The notes below the pieces were generated by a model. That model was not told the DNA's origin, made no database searches, and saw nothing but the letters and a program-made list of their open reading frames with translations. The translations under genes and the position numbers were made by a program. Shown here one piece after another: positions 37,087 through 46,258 of a DNA stretch of 64,000 bases; position 1 is the first letter of the stretch, and each line of letters opens with the position of its first letter. The stretch comes from a virus (Duplodnaviria > Caudoviricetes): the IMG/VR virus record IMGVR_UViG_3300037608_000261, positions 1-64,000 of that record, one strand, 5' to 3'.

Positions 37087-37806
37087 TTATTGTGGCCTGA
37101 CTTCAACTGTTTCCAAACCAAATGATCCGCCGACAATTCTTGTCCGCGTTGTGCTCACCTCAAGAGATGCCCGTGTATATGGGTTGACGGTTGTCGTCTC
37201 ACTACTCATCTCTCCAATCGCGATTTTGGGCATGTTGTTACACGACAAAGAGGCATATAGGCGGCATCTATCAAAAACGATATGTAGAGGCAAGAGGCTC
37301 CTGCACCTTCGGACAGCCAAATTTGCAGTATCTTCAGAAATTGGAACACTTGACATATCGATCACGAGCACGCCCCGAGATGTGAGAAGGCAGTTGTCCA
37401 CGCTCTCTCCCAATACCGCAACATGCTCGCTGGTGTAAAACGCATCCCCATAGTCTGCATCTGGAAGCATATACAGGGGTTTCCATTCCGCAACAACCCC
37501 GAGACGCACCATGGCTCTCACAAGCGGAATGTCGGTTTCCTTTTGGTGTAACTCCATCTTACGCATAGCAGTGCTGACTGGGATGTTTTCCTCGGCAATA
37601 CCATCTTCAAAATATGGACCTATCTCTACGAGAAGCTTTTTTTGATTGGTCGAATCAGCCGTATAAATGGAACGTAGGTTGGCGATTACATCGTAATCAG
37701 GATCAAAATTCTCTGCCCAAAACTCCTGAATAGCCTCGGCCAATTCCTTCCACCGCGAGGAATCTTTCTTTACGGGCGATAATCTTTTCTTCAGCCAATT
37801 TATCAT
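37087..37806 (-). CDS. Baseplate wedge protein, P1 gp16-like
   Basis: WLKKRLSPVK..S.RW.ELAEAIQ..W; follows bplA with an ATGA overlap. Confidence 0.7.
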   Translation of the reverse strand: MINWLKKRLSPVKKDSSRWKELAEAIQEFWAENFDPDYDVIANLRSIYTADSTNQKKLLVEIGPYFEDGIAEENIPVSTAMRKMELHQKETDIPLVRAMVRLGVVAEWKPLYMLPDADYGDAFYTSEHVAVLGESVDNCLLTSRGVLVIDMSSVPISEDTANLAVRRCRSLLPLHIVFDRCRLYASLSCNNMPKIAIGEMSSETTTVNPYTRASLEVSTTRTRIVGGSFGLETVEVRPQ

Positions 37807-39236
37807 ACGTAGCTCAACGATATTGTGGTTGCATCCATGTCTATGCACACCATTTCATTCAGTTCTGTCGCTTCAATCGTTCCGGTACATACAACTTCAA
37901 AATAAGCCCCGCTTGTAGAGAAATACCCGGTAGAGTTAATGATGCTATAAAAGTCCTTTACTCGCACTTCTGTCAGGCGGCTCGATGAATCCTTGCCATA
38001 ATTATTTTCCAGGATCTCCGTGATTGCTGACAGAACATCAGATACAACTACGGTGCGAGAAACCTTCCCTGTAATAGCAAGAGAAAACGTTGAAAAAACA
38101 GGGGCTACCCACTCAAATTTACGATTAAGAATATTGACATCGGCAAGCGCTTCTGTAACTTCGGTAGAAAGGTTTGGCCGGTCGGTTGCATAAGCGGAAA
38201 CAAATATCTTGTTGATATACTGAAGGCTTGCCCCATGAAGCGCTTCGGCTTCCTCTTCTCCCCACACTTTAATCCAAAGGATATCAGCCACTGCCCTTTT
38301 GATGAAAAAGATATAGTCATCACGCCACACAAGTTTTTCGTTGTATATCGGCCAATATTGGAGATTCTGTCTCATTTCCTCGACTGTCTCCGCATCCTGC
38401 CCATCTGTGATAGCTTCTGTTGTGACGATGGTTAGGTCAACAGTTTCCCCGGCGACATCCAAGGCCTCTCCTACAACATACAATGATTGCCCCTCGGCCA
38501 AACTTGCATCACCATCGGTAAGCCGGAACACAATCTTCACCGAGACCCCAACGGGAAGGATGGTTCCAACGTAACTATTACCAAAACGAATCCCGGCTTT
38601 TCCCGCATGTGTATAGAACTCATCGTAGACACGGTCTCCCTCGTATGCATTCTGGAAAAGGCGTGAACAGTTCCAAAGTTCATACCTAAGACCCTCTCCC
38701 ATATCGACGTAAACATCGAATTCATATATTCTGGTAGCCTGATCGAGCGTTAAATCACTATCAAGATCTTCATCAAAAAGGATTTCATAGAACACTTTTG
38801 CTTCTGTAACGACATGGGTAACTTCCATGTCGGACCTTTGAATAAATTCAACGGTGGCCGATTGGCCGGGGGTGAGGGTCAATGCTTGACTCGTAGCATA
38901 ATCAAGGTCTGCATCGGAAGATAACGGTTGATAGGCAGGCAAATAAACTGTGTTTTCGCCATTGTTTGTGATCGTTCCGGATCCCGATCCCGGAGTTCTT
39001 TTCCGGGGAATGTACTCCCGGTCCTCAACGCGTGCCAAAATACTGGATTTGTTCAATGCCGTGGAGAGAAAGAATTCTTGATAAACTCGCTCTATCGCCC
39101 AAAGCGACTCTCTCAACGCCCAGCTCATAAAAACAGCAAGGTGGTTGACAAACTGTGATTTCGCCAAAGTCTTCCATGACGACTTCGCCGTGAGAATCTC
39201 TTTGAATTTCGCTATTGCTTCGTCTTTGGTTATCAC
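37803..39236 (-). CDS. bplA: Baseplate wedge protein (gpJ/T4 gp6-like)
   Basis: EFFLSTALNKSSIL, IRFGN...G and G.D.ET.EEMR motifs. Confidence 0.8.
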   Translation of the reverse strand: MITKDEAIAKFKEILTAKSSWKTLAKSQFVNHLAVFMSWALRESLWAIERVYQEFFLSTALNKSSILARVEDREYIPRKRTPGSGSGTITNNGENTVYLPAYQPLSSDADLDYATSQALTLTPGQSATVEFIQRSDMEVTHVVTEAKVFYEILFDEDLDSDLTLDQATRIYEFDVYVDMGEGLRYELWNCSRLFQNAYEGDRVYDEFYTHAGKAGIRFGNSYVGTILPVGVSVKIVFRLTDGDASLAEGQSLYVVGEALDVAGETVDLTIVTTEAITDGQDAETVEEMRQNLQYWPIYNEKLVWRDDYIFFIKRAVADILWIKVWGEEEAEALHGASLQYINKIFVSAYATDRPNLSTEVTEALADVNILNRKFEWVAPVFSTFSLAITGKVSRTVVVSDVLSAITEILENNYGKDSSSRLTEVRVKDFYSIINSTGYFSTSGAYFEVVCTGTIEATELNEMVCIDMDATTISLSYV

Positions 39237-39586
39237 AGTTCTATCTTCTCCTCAAATATTCCAATGCGGTGCATGATAGTTATCCGGCACAAGTCAATTT
39301 CTGTGAATTCAACACTGACACCCTGTATGACTAAATTTTCAATATCTTGCGGCATTTTTGTCATGATACTCATTTCTGCCACGACATTCAGGTTGATACT
39401 CTGGGGTTCGTGCTTCAACGCCATAAGGTTATGTCCCCACTCAGGGAGGTCAGCCAGAGTTCCCTGGGGAGTTTCCAGCCATTCAAATATCCGATCCTGT
39501 ACGGCATCCTCATCACCATATTTTCTGACCTCCGTTGTCGGATTCAGTTCGAGCAAGTGGTCAAATTCTTCGATATAATTACCCAT
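39233..39586 (-). CDS. pmgA: Baseplate gp25-like sheath initiator
   Basis: EWLETPQGTLADLPEWG motif; between tape measure and bplA. Confidence 0.75.
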   Translation of the reverse strand: MGNYIEEFDHLLELNPTTEVRKYGDEDAVQDRIFEWLETPQGTLADLPEWGHNLMALKHEPQSINLNVVAEMSIMTKMPQDIENLVIQGVSVEFTEIDLCRITIMHRIGIFEEKIEL

Positions 39587-39587
39587 A

Positions 39588-42377
39588 TTACATCCTGTCG
39601 TATGCCATGAGAGTCAGCATGGTGTCGTCAAATTCCGTCCGGATTACCGGAGATCCCGATTGCTCAGCATCATCTTTGCCCGACATCTTTGCAACGCTTG
39701 CATTGAGCTTTTCGAGGACAGCCGTCAGCATACCGCTGATATCAGCGCCACCCTGCTGCAAAGACCCCTTTGCCTGTTTCGGTAGCTCTTCCATCTTTGC
39801 CATGGCTGTGGTCATTCTTTCCGGCTGGCTTACAGGCCGTGCAGGTGAACCCGTGGCAAGGGCTGTAACCGGTTCGGCGAAGTTCATTGCGCCATCGATA
39901 AGCTTTGCATCAACACCTTTAATGCCGGTTGCTTCCATAAGCTTTGCGCCCAACCCTTTAATGCCTCCGGGTGCGTTGAAACGTCCGCTTGCCGTGGGAA
40001 GAGCGGTAGCGACTGTCATAGGCTGTGGCTTGGCTGCATCACTTCCGTCAGCAAACATACCTTCACCTTTATTCTTGAAAGCAGGTTTTGCAGTGACTGT
40101 TGCTATGGGTTTCTCATCAACAAACATCCCCTCGCCCTTGTTTCTGAATGCAGTTTGTGGAGTGACGGGCTTTACATTATCACTTCCGTCAGCGAACATA
40201 CCTTCACCTTTGTTTCTAAAAACAGGCTTTGTTGTATCGTCAGCTATCGCTGCTTCCATCGACTTTGACCCTGTGGGTTGCCTTGTTTCGAGCTTTGCGA
40301 CCTGAACGGGTTTCTCCGCATTCGCCAAAGGCATCTCGGCTTTACGGGCAATGATGGTCGGGACAGCAGGTGCTGCAGTAGCTCCCGATAGAGGGTTGGC
40401 TAAATCTGCTGCTGTTTTACTTATGCCAAATTTTTCGGGGGATTTAGTTGCTAATATTGGTGACGCATCAACCGAAGGTGGCTGCTGCCCTTTATTAGCC
40501 AGCATGGAATTTGGATTAGCGCCTGCCGCTACTGCATTGTCAGCGTACTTAGTCCGCCACATATTGAGGAAATCACGAGCGCTCATGCCCTCCTTCCCAC
40601 CGTTCACATTCATCTGCTTTCGCAAGGCATCGGAGACAGGTGCATCGTTCTTGCTCGCATCAAGGAGGTCTACGACCCCGCCTTTTCCAACTCGCCCGAC
40701 GCCCAATTGATGGGCCATGTATAGATTAGAGTCGCTCGTCGCTATCCCTCTTTTTTCAAGTTGTTTTTTATTGTCGGCAGTCAGCCTCGCTGCAGCTTCA
40801 ATATTGGCCTGGGGATCAAATTCTTTCCCTGAAATTCCATATTGACGAGCCGTACCACCAACGAATTGATAAAGCCCCTTAGCGCCTGTCGAACTGACCG
40901 CGCGTGCATTCCCCTGGCTCTCAATGTGCATCATGGTCTTCATATAATCTTCCGAGACACCGTTTTTGGCTGATGCATCCTTCACCGTCCCGGCATACTC
41001 GGTGTCATATTTGTTCTGGAACTTGACATCGGGCTTTCCTTTGCCGGTTATGAAATTTCCTATAGCCTCTTTTGTGTCATAGACCTGCCCCCCGAGGTTC
41101 CAGCCTTTTTTGCCCGTAACATTCTCTCCGGCAGCATTCACGGCATTGCTAATAGGGTTCTCTTTCCCGGTTACGGCAGAATACGCAGCGCTACCTACCG
41201 CTCCCGCCGCTGCAAGTCCGGCTGCAATCGTACCAAGAGGTATGGCTGCAAGCAAGGGCGCCACCTTTGCAACCATTGACCCCAGTTTCCCCATCATACC
41301 GCCGCCAGCACCACCACCTATTCCGGGTATTTTTGCCATTCCAGGGATACTATTCAACTTATCAAGGAGACCTCCACTTCTTTTCCCTCCGGGTATCTTT
41401 TCCGCCTTAGCGCTTGCAGATACCTGTTTCTTTCGCAGCACATTCCGGGCTTTTTCCCTCATGGTTGACCCTGGGCCTGTCTCTTTGGCCGGGCCTTTGC
41501 CCCCACTTAAAATGGCCTTGACAAGCTCTTCGTGCCTCTTTTCATCTTTATCTTCCGTGTTATTAATTGCTTCAATGATCTTTGCGGCCTCTGGGTCAAG
41601 AAAACGACTTTTCTGGTCATGGTTGGCCTTGACGTCGGTTGCCGTCTGAGTGCCGTTTCCCCCCTTAAATTTTGTATACTTTTCTTTCAGCGTATTTTTC
41701 GAGTCTTTGAAATCATCATAATGAGACTTCATCTCTACTACTGCGTCATACATTGGTCCCAATGTTGCCCGGCCCACAGCTTCCCGCATTGTTTCTTTTT
41801 TATCTCCTACGCCTCCTTTTGTCATATGAACAGCGAAAGCTGTTAGCGTCGCCAATCGGCCCCTGTTTTTCGGGGAGTTATCATTACTCTCGTCAACCTT
41901 AACGCCTTGTGCTCTCTGTTTACCCGTAAAACGACCACTTGCGTCTCTTTTCGGCTCAACAGTGACCACAGCGGTCTGCGAATCATCTATTGCAGCTCTC
42001 TGGGGACTTGCAAAGCCCACAGGGGATGAAAATGTCCGTCTCTTCTTCGGGATAGCAGCTTTCTTTGCAGCAATAGCCATGGTAACGACGGCTTTATCCG
42101 CTTTTTGTCTCTGGACCTTCTCTTTATTTCCTGCTGGCGATTGTGCTCTTTCGGCACGGACTGAAGGAGGGGCGGATGGGGAGACTGATTCTCTGGTGTT
42201 GACAGTTGCACGTTCATGACCGGCACCAGGTCCTGCGAGAAATGTTCCTCTCTTTTTCAGGGCAGCGGTATTGGCCTCTATCTTCTTGAGAAGAGGTAAG
42301 ACAGTTTCATTGTTTATATTCTCAAGTACTTTGAGAATATAAGAGAAGGTGATTATATCGTTCTTTTCGTCGCTCAT
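39588..42377 (-). CDS. sit: Tape measure protein with a lytic transglycosylase domain (P1 Sit-like)
   Basis: IESQGNARAVSSTGAKGLYQF SLT motif; hydrophobic segment; C-terminal DDTMLTLMAYDR. Confidence 0.8.
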   Translation of the reverse strand: MSDEKNDIITFSYILKVLENINNETVLPLLKKIEANTAALKKRGTFLAGPGAGHERATVNTRESVSPSAPPSVRAERAQSPAGNKEKVQRQKADKAVVTMAIAAKKAAIPKKRRTFSSPVGFASPQRAAIDDSQTAVVTVEPKRDASGRFTGKQRAQGVKVDESNDNSPKNRGRLATLTAFAVHMTKGGVGDKKETMREAVGRATLGPMYDAVVEMKSHYDDFKDSKNTLKEKYTKFKGGNGTQTATDVKANHDQKSRFLDPEAAKIIEAINNTEDKDEKRHEELVKAILSGGKGPAKETGPGSTMREKARNVLRKKQVSASAKAEKIPGGKRSGGLLDKLNSIPGMAKIPGIGGGAGGGMMGKLGSMVAKVAPLLAAIPLGTIAAGLAAAGAVGSAAYSAVTGKENPISNAVNAAGENVTGKKGWNLGGQVYDTKEAIGNFITGKGKPDVKFQNKYDTEYAGTVKDASAKNGVSEDYMKTMMHIESQGNARAVSSTGAKGLYQFVGGTARQYGISGKEFDPQANIEAAARLTADNKKQLEKRGIATSDSNLYMAHQLGVGRVGKGGVVDLLDASKNDAPVSDALRKQMNVNGGKEGMSARDFLNMWRTKYADNAVAAGANPNSMLANKGQQPPSVDASPILATKSPEKFGISKTAADLANPLSGATAAPAVPTIIARKAEMPLANAEKPVQVAKLETRQPTGSKSMEAAIADDTTKPVFRNKGEGMFADGSDNVKPVTPQTAFRNKGEGMFVDEKPIATVTAKPAFKNKGEGMFADGSDAAKPQPMTVATALPTASGRFNAPGGIKGLGAKLMEATGIKGVDAKLIDGAMNFAEPVTALATGSPARPVSQPERMTTAMAKMEELPKQAKGSLQQGGADISGMLTAVLEKLNASVAKMSGKDDAEQSGSPVIRTEFDDTMLTLMAYDRM

Positions 42378-42523
42378 GCCGTTATCGTCTGGTTATCTTC
42401 ATTTTTCTTTGCAACGCCTTATGCAGCGCAATTACCTTGCTCTGTGGCGACCTTCTTAACCCATCTATTGTCTGGTTCCCGTACAGGCACAGATTTTCGA
42501 TTATGATGTCCCAAGACCGTTCG

Positions 42524-43303
42524 CTATAAACCTGGTATGTAGTTGATATTCCAAAAGGGATAACGCACTCGCGTTTTTCCACCTCCTCCGGGGCACTCAT
42601 GGGGCGGCATAATGAGATAACAACGGCCCTCGTCGTATTCCATATCAAGCCCATGCTTTATCTCGGAAAGTAGACCGGATACCATTTCTGCAAACACCGA
42701 AAAATCATCCAAAGACATTGCCAGAATCTTATCTCTGGTCCTGACTTTGATCTTTTCCCGGTCCCTTGGCGTTTTGTCTGTTCTATCTTCGAAAATTACC
42801 GACATGGTGAAGTATTCAAGGGTCATCGCGGCTTTTGCCTTTTTGTGCTCCAGTCCGCCAGGGGCAAGCTCGAACATGAGGCGCTTACGCTCCAGGTCTT
42901 CCATGTCCCATCCGGTAAGAGGATGAACTACAATGTTTTCATCTTTCCACTGACCCTTTCTCAGTGGGGACCCGTTGAGCGCCGTGTAATGGTCGCCAAG
43001 GACCCTGAAATCCTGTAAGTAGATGTGTTTTTCTCCACAGTACAGGCAATCGTAGGACAGGGCTATATCATGGTCTGTTGTGGTATGAAGCCAATGCCAG
43101 AAGAGGGCAAGACAGCGATCTTCCGCCGTCCATTTCCTTGGGTCCCTGATGGTCCCCTCCTGCATCTTCCTCAAGAACAAGGTGGTAAGCTCTTCCTCGT
43201 GGCTATCATCCACGTCCGCAAAGTCCATGGCATCGGCTACTGTAGCGTCTCTCAGTTGTATCTGTACTGTCGGGTCTGATGCTAAGGTAAAAGGCGGTAT
43301 CAT
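42524..43303 (-). CDS. pmgB: Tail/baseplate-hub assembly chaperone (PmgB/T4 gp26-like), possible frameshift extension to 42382
   Basis: IPPF.L...REAT-like start and CxxC motif; directly upstream of the tape measure gene. Confidence 0.7.
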   Translation of the reverse strand: MIPPFTLASDPTVQIQLRDATVADAMDFADVDDSHEEELTTLFLRKMQEGTIRDPRKWTAEDRCLALFWHWLHTTTDHDIALSYDCLYCGEKHIYLQDFRVLGDHYTALNGSPLRKGQWKDENIVVHPLTGWDMEDLERKRLMFELAPGGLEHKKAKAAMTLEYFTMSVIFEDRTDKTPRDREKIKVRTRDKILAMSLDDFSVFAEMVSGLLSEIKHGLDMEYDEGRCYLIMPPHECPGGGGKTRVRYPFWNINYIPGL

Positions 43304-43306
43304 TAT

Positions 43307-43810
43307 TTATTCACCCCACGATCTAAATTGTATGAAAGATATCGGAAACTCTAAAAATCCTTCAGAATCTACAGATTCTGTGATATCCCCCAGTTTGGTC
43401 GGAAACACAAACCATGTATCTTGTACCTCATCATTTGCCAGGTTGATGCGTTCAGCCTTCCTGACATAGCCAGCTTCGCCATATGGCAAGTTAACCGTCC
43501 CGTCGTAGTTGATCATTTCTTTTGACCATGCCGTAAACCAGTCATAGATACGCCGATCCTTGTTATCTCTCATAGTCATGGAGAGTCCCACAGGAGCCGT
43601 TCCGGTAGGGTAGGTCAAGGTCTGCATTCCAGCCTTAATACTCTCTGTTTCTACCTCAATCGGGCTAAAAGTGATGTCCTTGACATAAATATCAAGATCA
43701 TCCGGTGAGTTTTCGTCATCAATATCGAGACGAAACTGCCATCCTTCCTGAAAAGGCGTCCGCACCAGTTGCTTGGCGATTAATCGCAGTTTATTGAAAT
43801 CTTCTTCCAT
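43307..43810 (-). CDS. tub: Tail tube initiator (P1 Tub-like)
   Basis: GWQFRL...YVKDITFSP tube fold; position next to pmgB as in P1. Confidence 0.6.
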   Translation of the reverse strand: MEEDFNKLRLIAKQLVRTPFQEGWQFRLDIDDENSPDDLDIYVKDITFSPIEVETESIKAGMQTLTYPTGTAPVGLSMTMRDNKDRRIYDWFTAWSKEMINYDGTVNLPYGEAGYVRKAERINLANDEVQDTWFVFPTKLGDITESVDSEGFLEFPISFIQFRSWGE

Positions 43811-44355
43811 CAGTACACCGTGGCCATCGGGATGATTGCCCGTGAATCTTCTATGGCCAGTTCAAGATTTTCCGCTCTGCTCCTCAGTTCTTCTTCAGAC
43901 GGATATTCCGCCTGTATTCCCGTTGCCGTGGCTATCTGTCTTGCTCGTGCTGTATTAGGGATTGCGATCAGGGCCTCAAGGTAGTCACGAAGAAGTCCGA
44001 TGGTTTCGGACGGCAATTCATCGTCATTAATGTCCATGTCGCGCAGATTGACAAAGTAGGAGACGATATACGGCTTGACGCTCTTCCCGCCTTGCACAAC
44101 TACCGTAACTGAGTCTTTGCTCACCTGATGCTCGTGCCACCGCCCTTCCGCATCCGCCACATATATAATCTCCAATAGATCAGCAGGCGCGTCTACTTCT
44201 GTGGCGTTGTCGTCAAATTGAAGCTTTCTGACCACCCCGGCTTTATCCTGATAGGTCCCAAGAGCCTGTTTTAACAGGTTCGTCAATTTAGCTGGTTCAA
44301 GATAAATGACCTGAAACTGGGTCTTGACCTGGTCAAGCAACTCATTTGGTGTCAT
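43810..44355 (-). CDS. pmgC: Head-tail adaptor (P1 PmgC-like)
   Basis: MTP..LL..VK..F...LL.QALGTYQDKAG N-terminus. Confidence 0.7.
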   Translation of the reverse strand: MTPNELLDQVKTQFQVIYLEPAKLTNLLKQALGTYQDKAGVVRKLQFDDNATEVDAPADLLEIIYVADAEGRWHEHQVSKDSVTVVVQGGKSVKPYIVSYFVNLRDMDINDDELPSETIGLLRDYLEALIAIPNTARARQIATATGIQAEYPSEEELRSRAENLELAIEDSRAIIPMATVY

Positions 44356-44358
44356 GAT

Positions 44359-44886
44359 TTATTCCCAGGGGAGCGTTTCCTGCTCCTCATCTGCCCATGT
44401 CACCCAGTTGCCGTGAATGGTCCCGGTCGGCTTTATCAGCGTTGTCGTGTCGTCGACCGACAGATCGATGGCGTCGATTTCAATCCAGGCATCTTCCATG
44501 ACAACGGAGTTCGCAACAGCCGAGTCTGGAAGACTCTCTGAAATCAGCGCAAGCGTGACCTGCTTGTACTCTTTATTTTTCACCCACGCCCGTAAGGCCT
44601 CCAATGCCTTCCCGGAAATAACTTCCTTAAAGGTGATAGTGATGTCCTGGGCGTTCATGAAGTTGCCCTGTTGATTGAACATCACTCCGTGGGGCCCCTT
44701 AGATTCAATCATTTCCCGCTTGAGGGCCGGAAGCTGAGTGGACTGTACGAGAAATTCAAGATCGGGATAGCCTTCAATGGTCATCCTGAAATCGTCGCCT
44801 TTTACTCCCTCGCCCATTGATACCAATTTTTTATACGAATTCTTAACCAGCGGCACGTTTTGCCGAACATTGGATATGTTAGCCAT
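44359..44886 (-). CDS. bplB: Tail tube protein (P1 BplB/T4 gp19-like)
   Basis: FRMTIEGYPDLEFLVQSTQLP...GPHG tube signature. Confidence 0.7.
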   Translation of the reverse strand: MANISNVRQNVPLVKNSYKKLVSMGEGVKGDDFRMTIEGYPDLEFLVQSTQLPALKREMIESKGPHGVMFNQQGNFMNAQDITITFKEVISGKALEALRAWVKNKEYKQVTLALISESLPDSAVANSVVMEDAWIEIDAIDLSVDDTTTLIKPTGTIHGNWVTWADEEQETLPWE

Positions 44887-44907
44887 CTTTTTCTCCTCTC
44901 TTGTTTT

Positions 44908-45588
44908 TTACGGCCATGTCTGCCCGATGTTTTCCTTGTTCAACATGACCTTTGTGGATATGGACAGCGTTGCATCTGCCCTGACAAGATATCCCTCCTT
45001 GGTCTTCTCCTTATCCAATGGCACAGACATTGATTCAATGACACAATTAGGAATCATCATGCGTCGACCGATGTTCAGAATAACGGGCTGAGGAATCCTG
45101 CCCCCCGGTATAGTGCCCTTGATAAGTTCCATCACGGCACCGTCTTTCTCTGATCCAGCCGAGACATTGGGCCCCATCATCTTTTCGAGCTCGCGTAGTG
45201 GAAACATGACTTCTTTCTGTGCATCGTTAATGGCATAGAAAGAAAGGGTCAAGTTAAAGGTGTGCGGCCTGTTTCCTTCCCATATTTGTGTTGATGACAG
45301 CGTAGTAACTGATGTCTTTCCGGTTGCCGCCTGCAAAAACCCTCCCGTTTTCTCAAACATTCCCCCGAGGCTGCTTTGCTCGAACGGGCTGTTCCAGTTG
45401 GCCTGCAGGGACCGGGTTGTTCCCGGCCCTATCAGACCAATAACGCAAATACTTATTTTGCTTTCCTCATCCGGCTGGGCGATCCACGCCTTCAGATAGG
45501 GGCTTACCTTATCGTCGGCGTTGCCATATATCTGTAAACTTCCGGCTTTGCCTTGGGCGGTCGTCTTTTCAGCATCTGTCAGTGCCAA
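44908..45588 (-). CDS. pmgG: Baseplate tube-cap/initiator (P1 PmgG-like)
   Basis: ANWNSPFEQSSLG...QIWEG...FNLTL.F motifs. Confidence 0.65.
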   Translation of the reverse strand: MALTDAEKTTAQGKAGSLQIYGNADDKVSPYLKAWIAQPDEESKISICVIGLIGPGTTRSLQANWNSPFEQSSLGGMFEKTGGFLQAATGKTSVTTLSSTQIWEGNRPHTFNLTLSFYAINDAQKEVMFPLRELEKMMGPNVSAGSEKDGAVMELIKGTIPGGRIPQPVILNIGRRMMIPNCVIESMSVPLDKEKTKEGYLVRADATLSISTKVMLNKENIGQTWP

Positions 45589-46245
45589 TTACATACCTCT
45601 TTTGCGACGCATCCTCATCGATTTAGCTCTGGCAAGTTTTGCCGCACCGGTAAAGGCTCTTCTCCGGGCGATCTTCAAGCCAGCTTTCTGTGCAGCCGTC
45701 ATCTTGTGGGGCCGTCCAATTCGTTTCGTTTTGAATACGATCTGTCCGTTTCTAACAACTTTGATCACGGATTCCATAATCGGGGCATTGCTGACAGCAT
45801 AATGGCTGACCAGAGTGTCGTCATCATCCTGGACGCTCTGCATTTTCTCAGACAAGAAGGTCCCTAACTTTGCACCTTCTTCGTCATCTTCGTTGTCGAT
45901 GAAAGTTTGAATGTTTCCGGCGTCTGCGCCCAAAGCGGTGAAGGCATAGCCGACCTCGGTCAGCAGGTCATTGTAATAGGCTTCCTCATCGTTGGTGAAC
46001 TCTTCGTCTCCGTCCAGATCAGCAATGGTTGCGACGGAATCGGCCAAAGCCCCAAAGGAATAGTCCCCATTCTCCAACCACGTGAGAGCGCAAGCCATAG
46101 CCTGAGACCTCATCTGTTTTTTTGCGAAATCATCGATGGATCCCACATCGGCAGCTTCTTCGAATATCTTGCATTCCTTGGCCTTCTCAAAAATGAGATC
46201 ACCGAAAATTTCATTGGCTTCGTTTGTTCCAAACACACCCTTCAT
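45589..46245 (-). CDS. Prohead core/scaffold-like protein (P1 gp21-like)
   Basis: Acidic body, IMES site, and a basic C-terminus (AKLARAKSMRMRRKRGM) resembling T4 gp68; start 46245 has a GGAGG SD. Confidence 0.55.
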   Translation of the reverse strand: MKGVFGTNEANEIFGDLIFEKAKECKIFEEAADVGSIDDFAKKQMRSQAMACALTWLENGDYSFGALADSVATIADLDGDEEFTNDEEAYYNDLLTEVGYAFTALGADAGNIQTFIDNEDDEEGAKLGTFLSEKMQSVQDDDDTLVSHYAVSNAPIMESVIKVVRNGQIVFKTKRIGRPHKMTAAQKAGLKIARRRAFTGAAKLARAKSMRMRRKRGM

Positions 46246-46258
46246 ATCCTTTTCCTCC

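Noticed and set aside
42382-42654. Independent 90-aa gene
   Set aside because: Its first 32 codons overlap pmgB with no evident SD; it is better explained as a frameshift extension.
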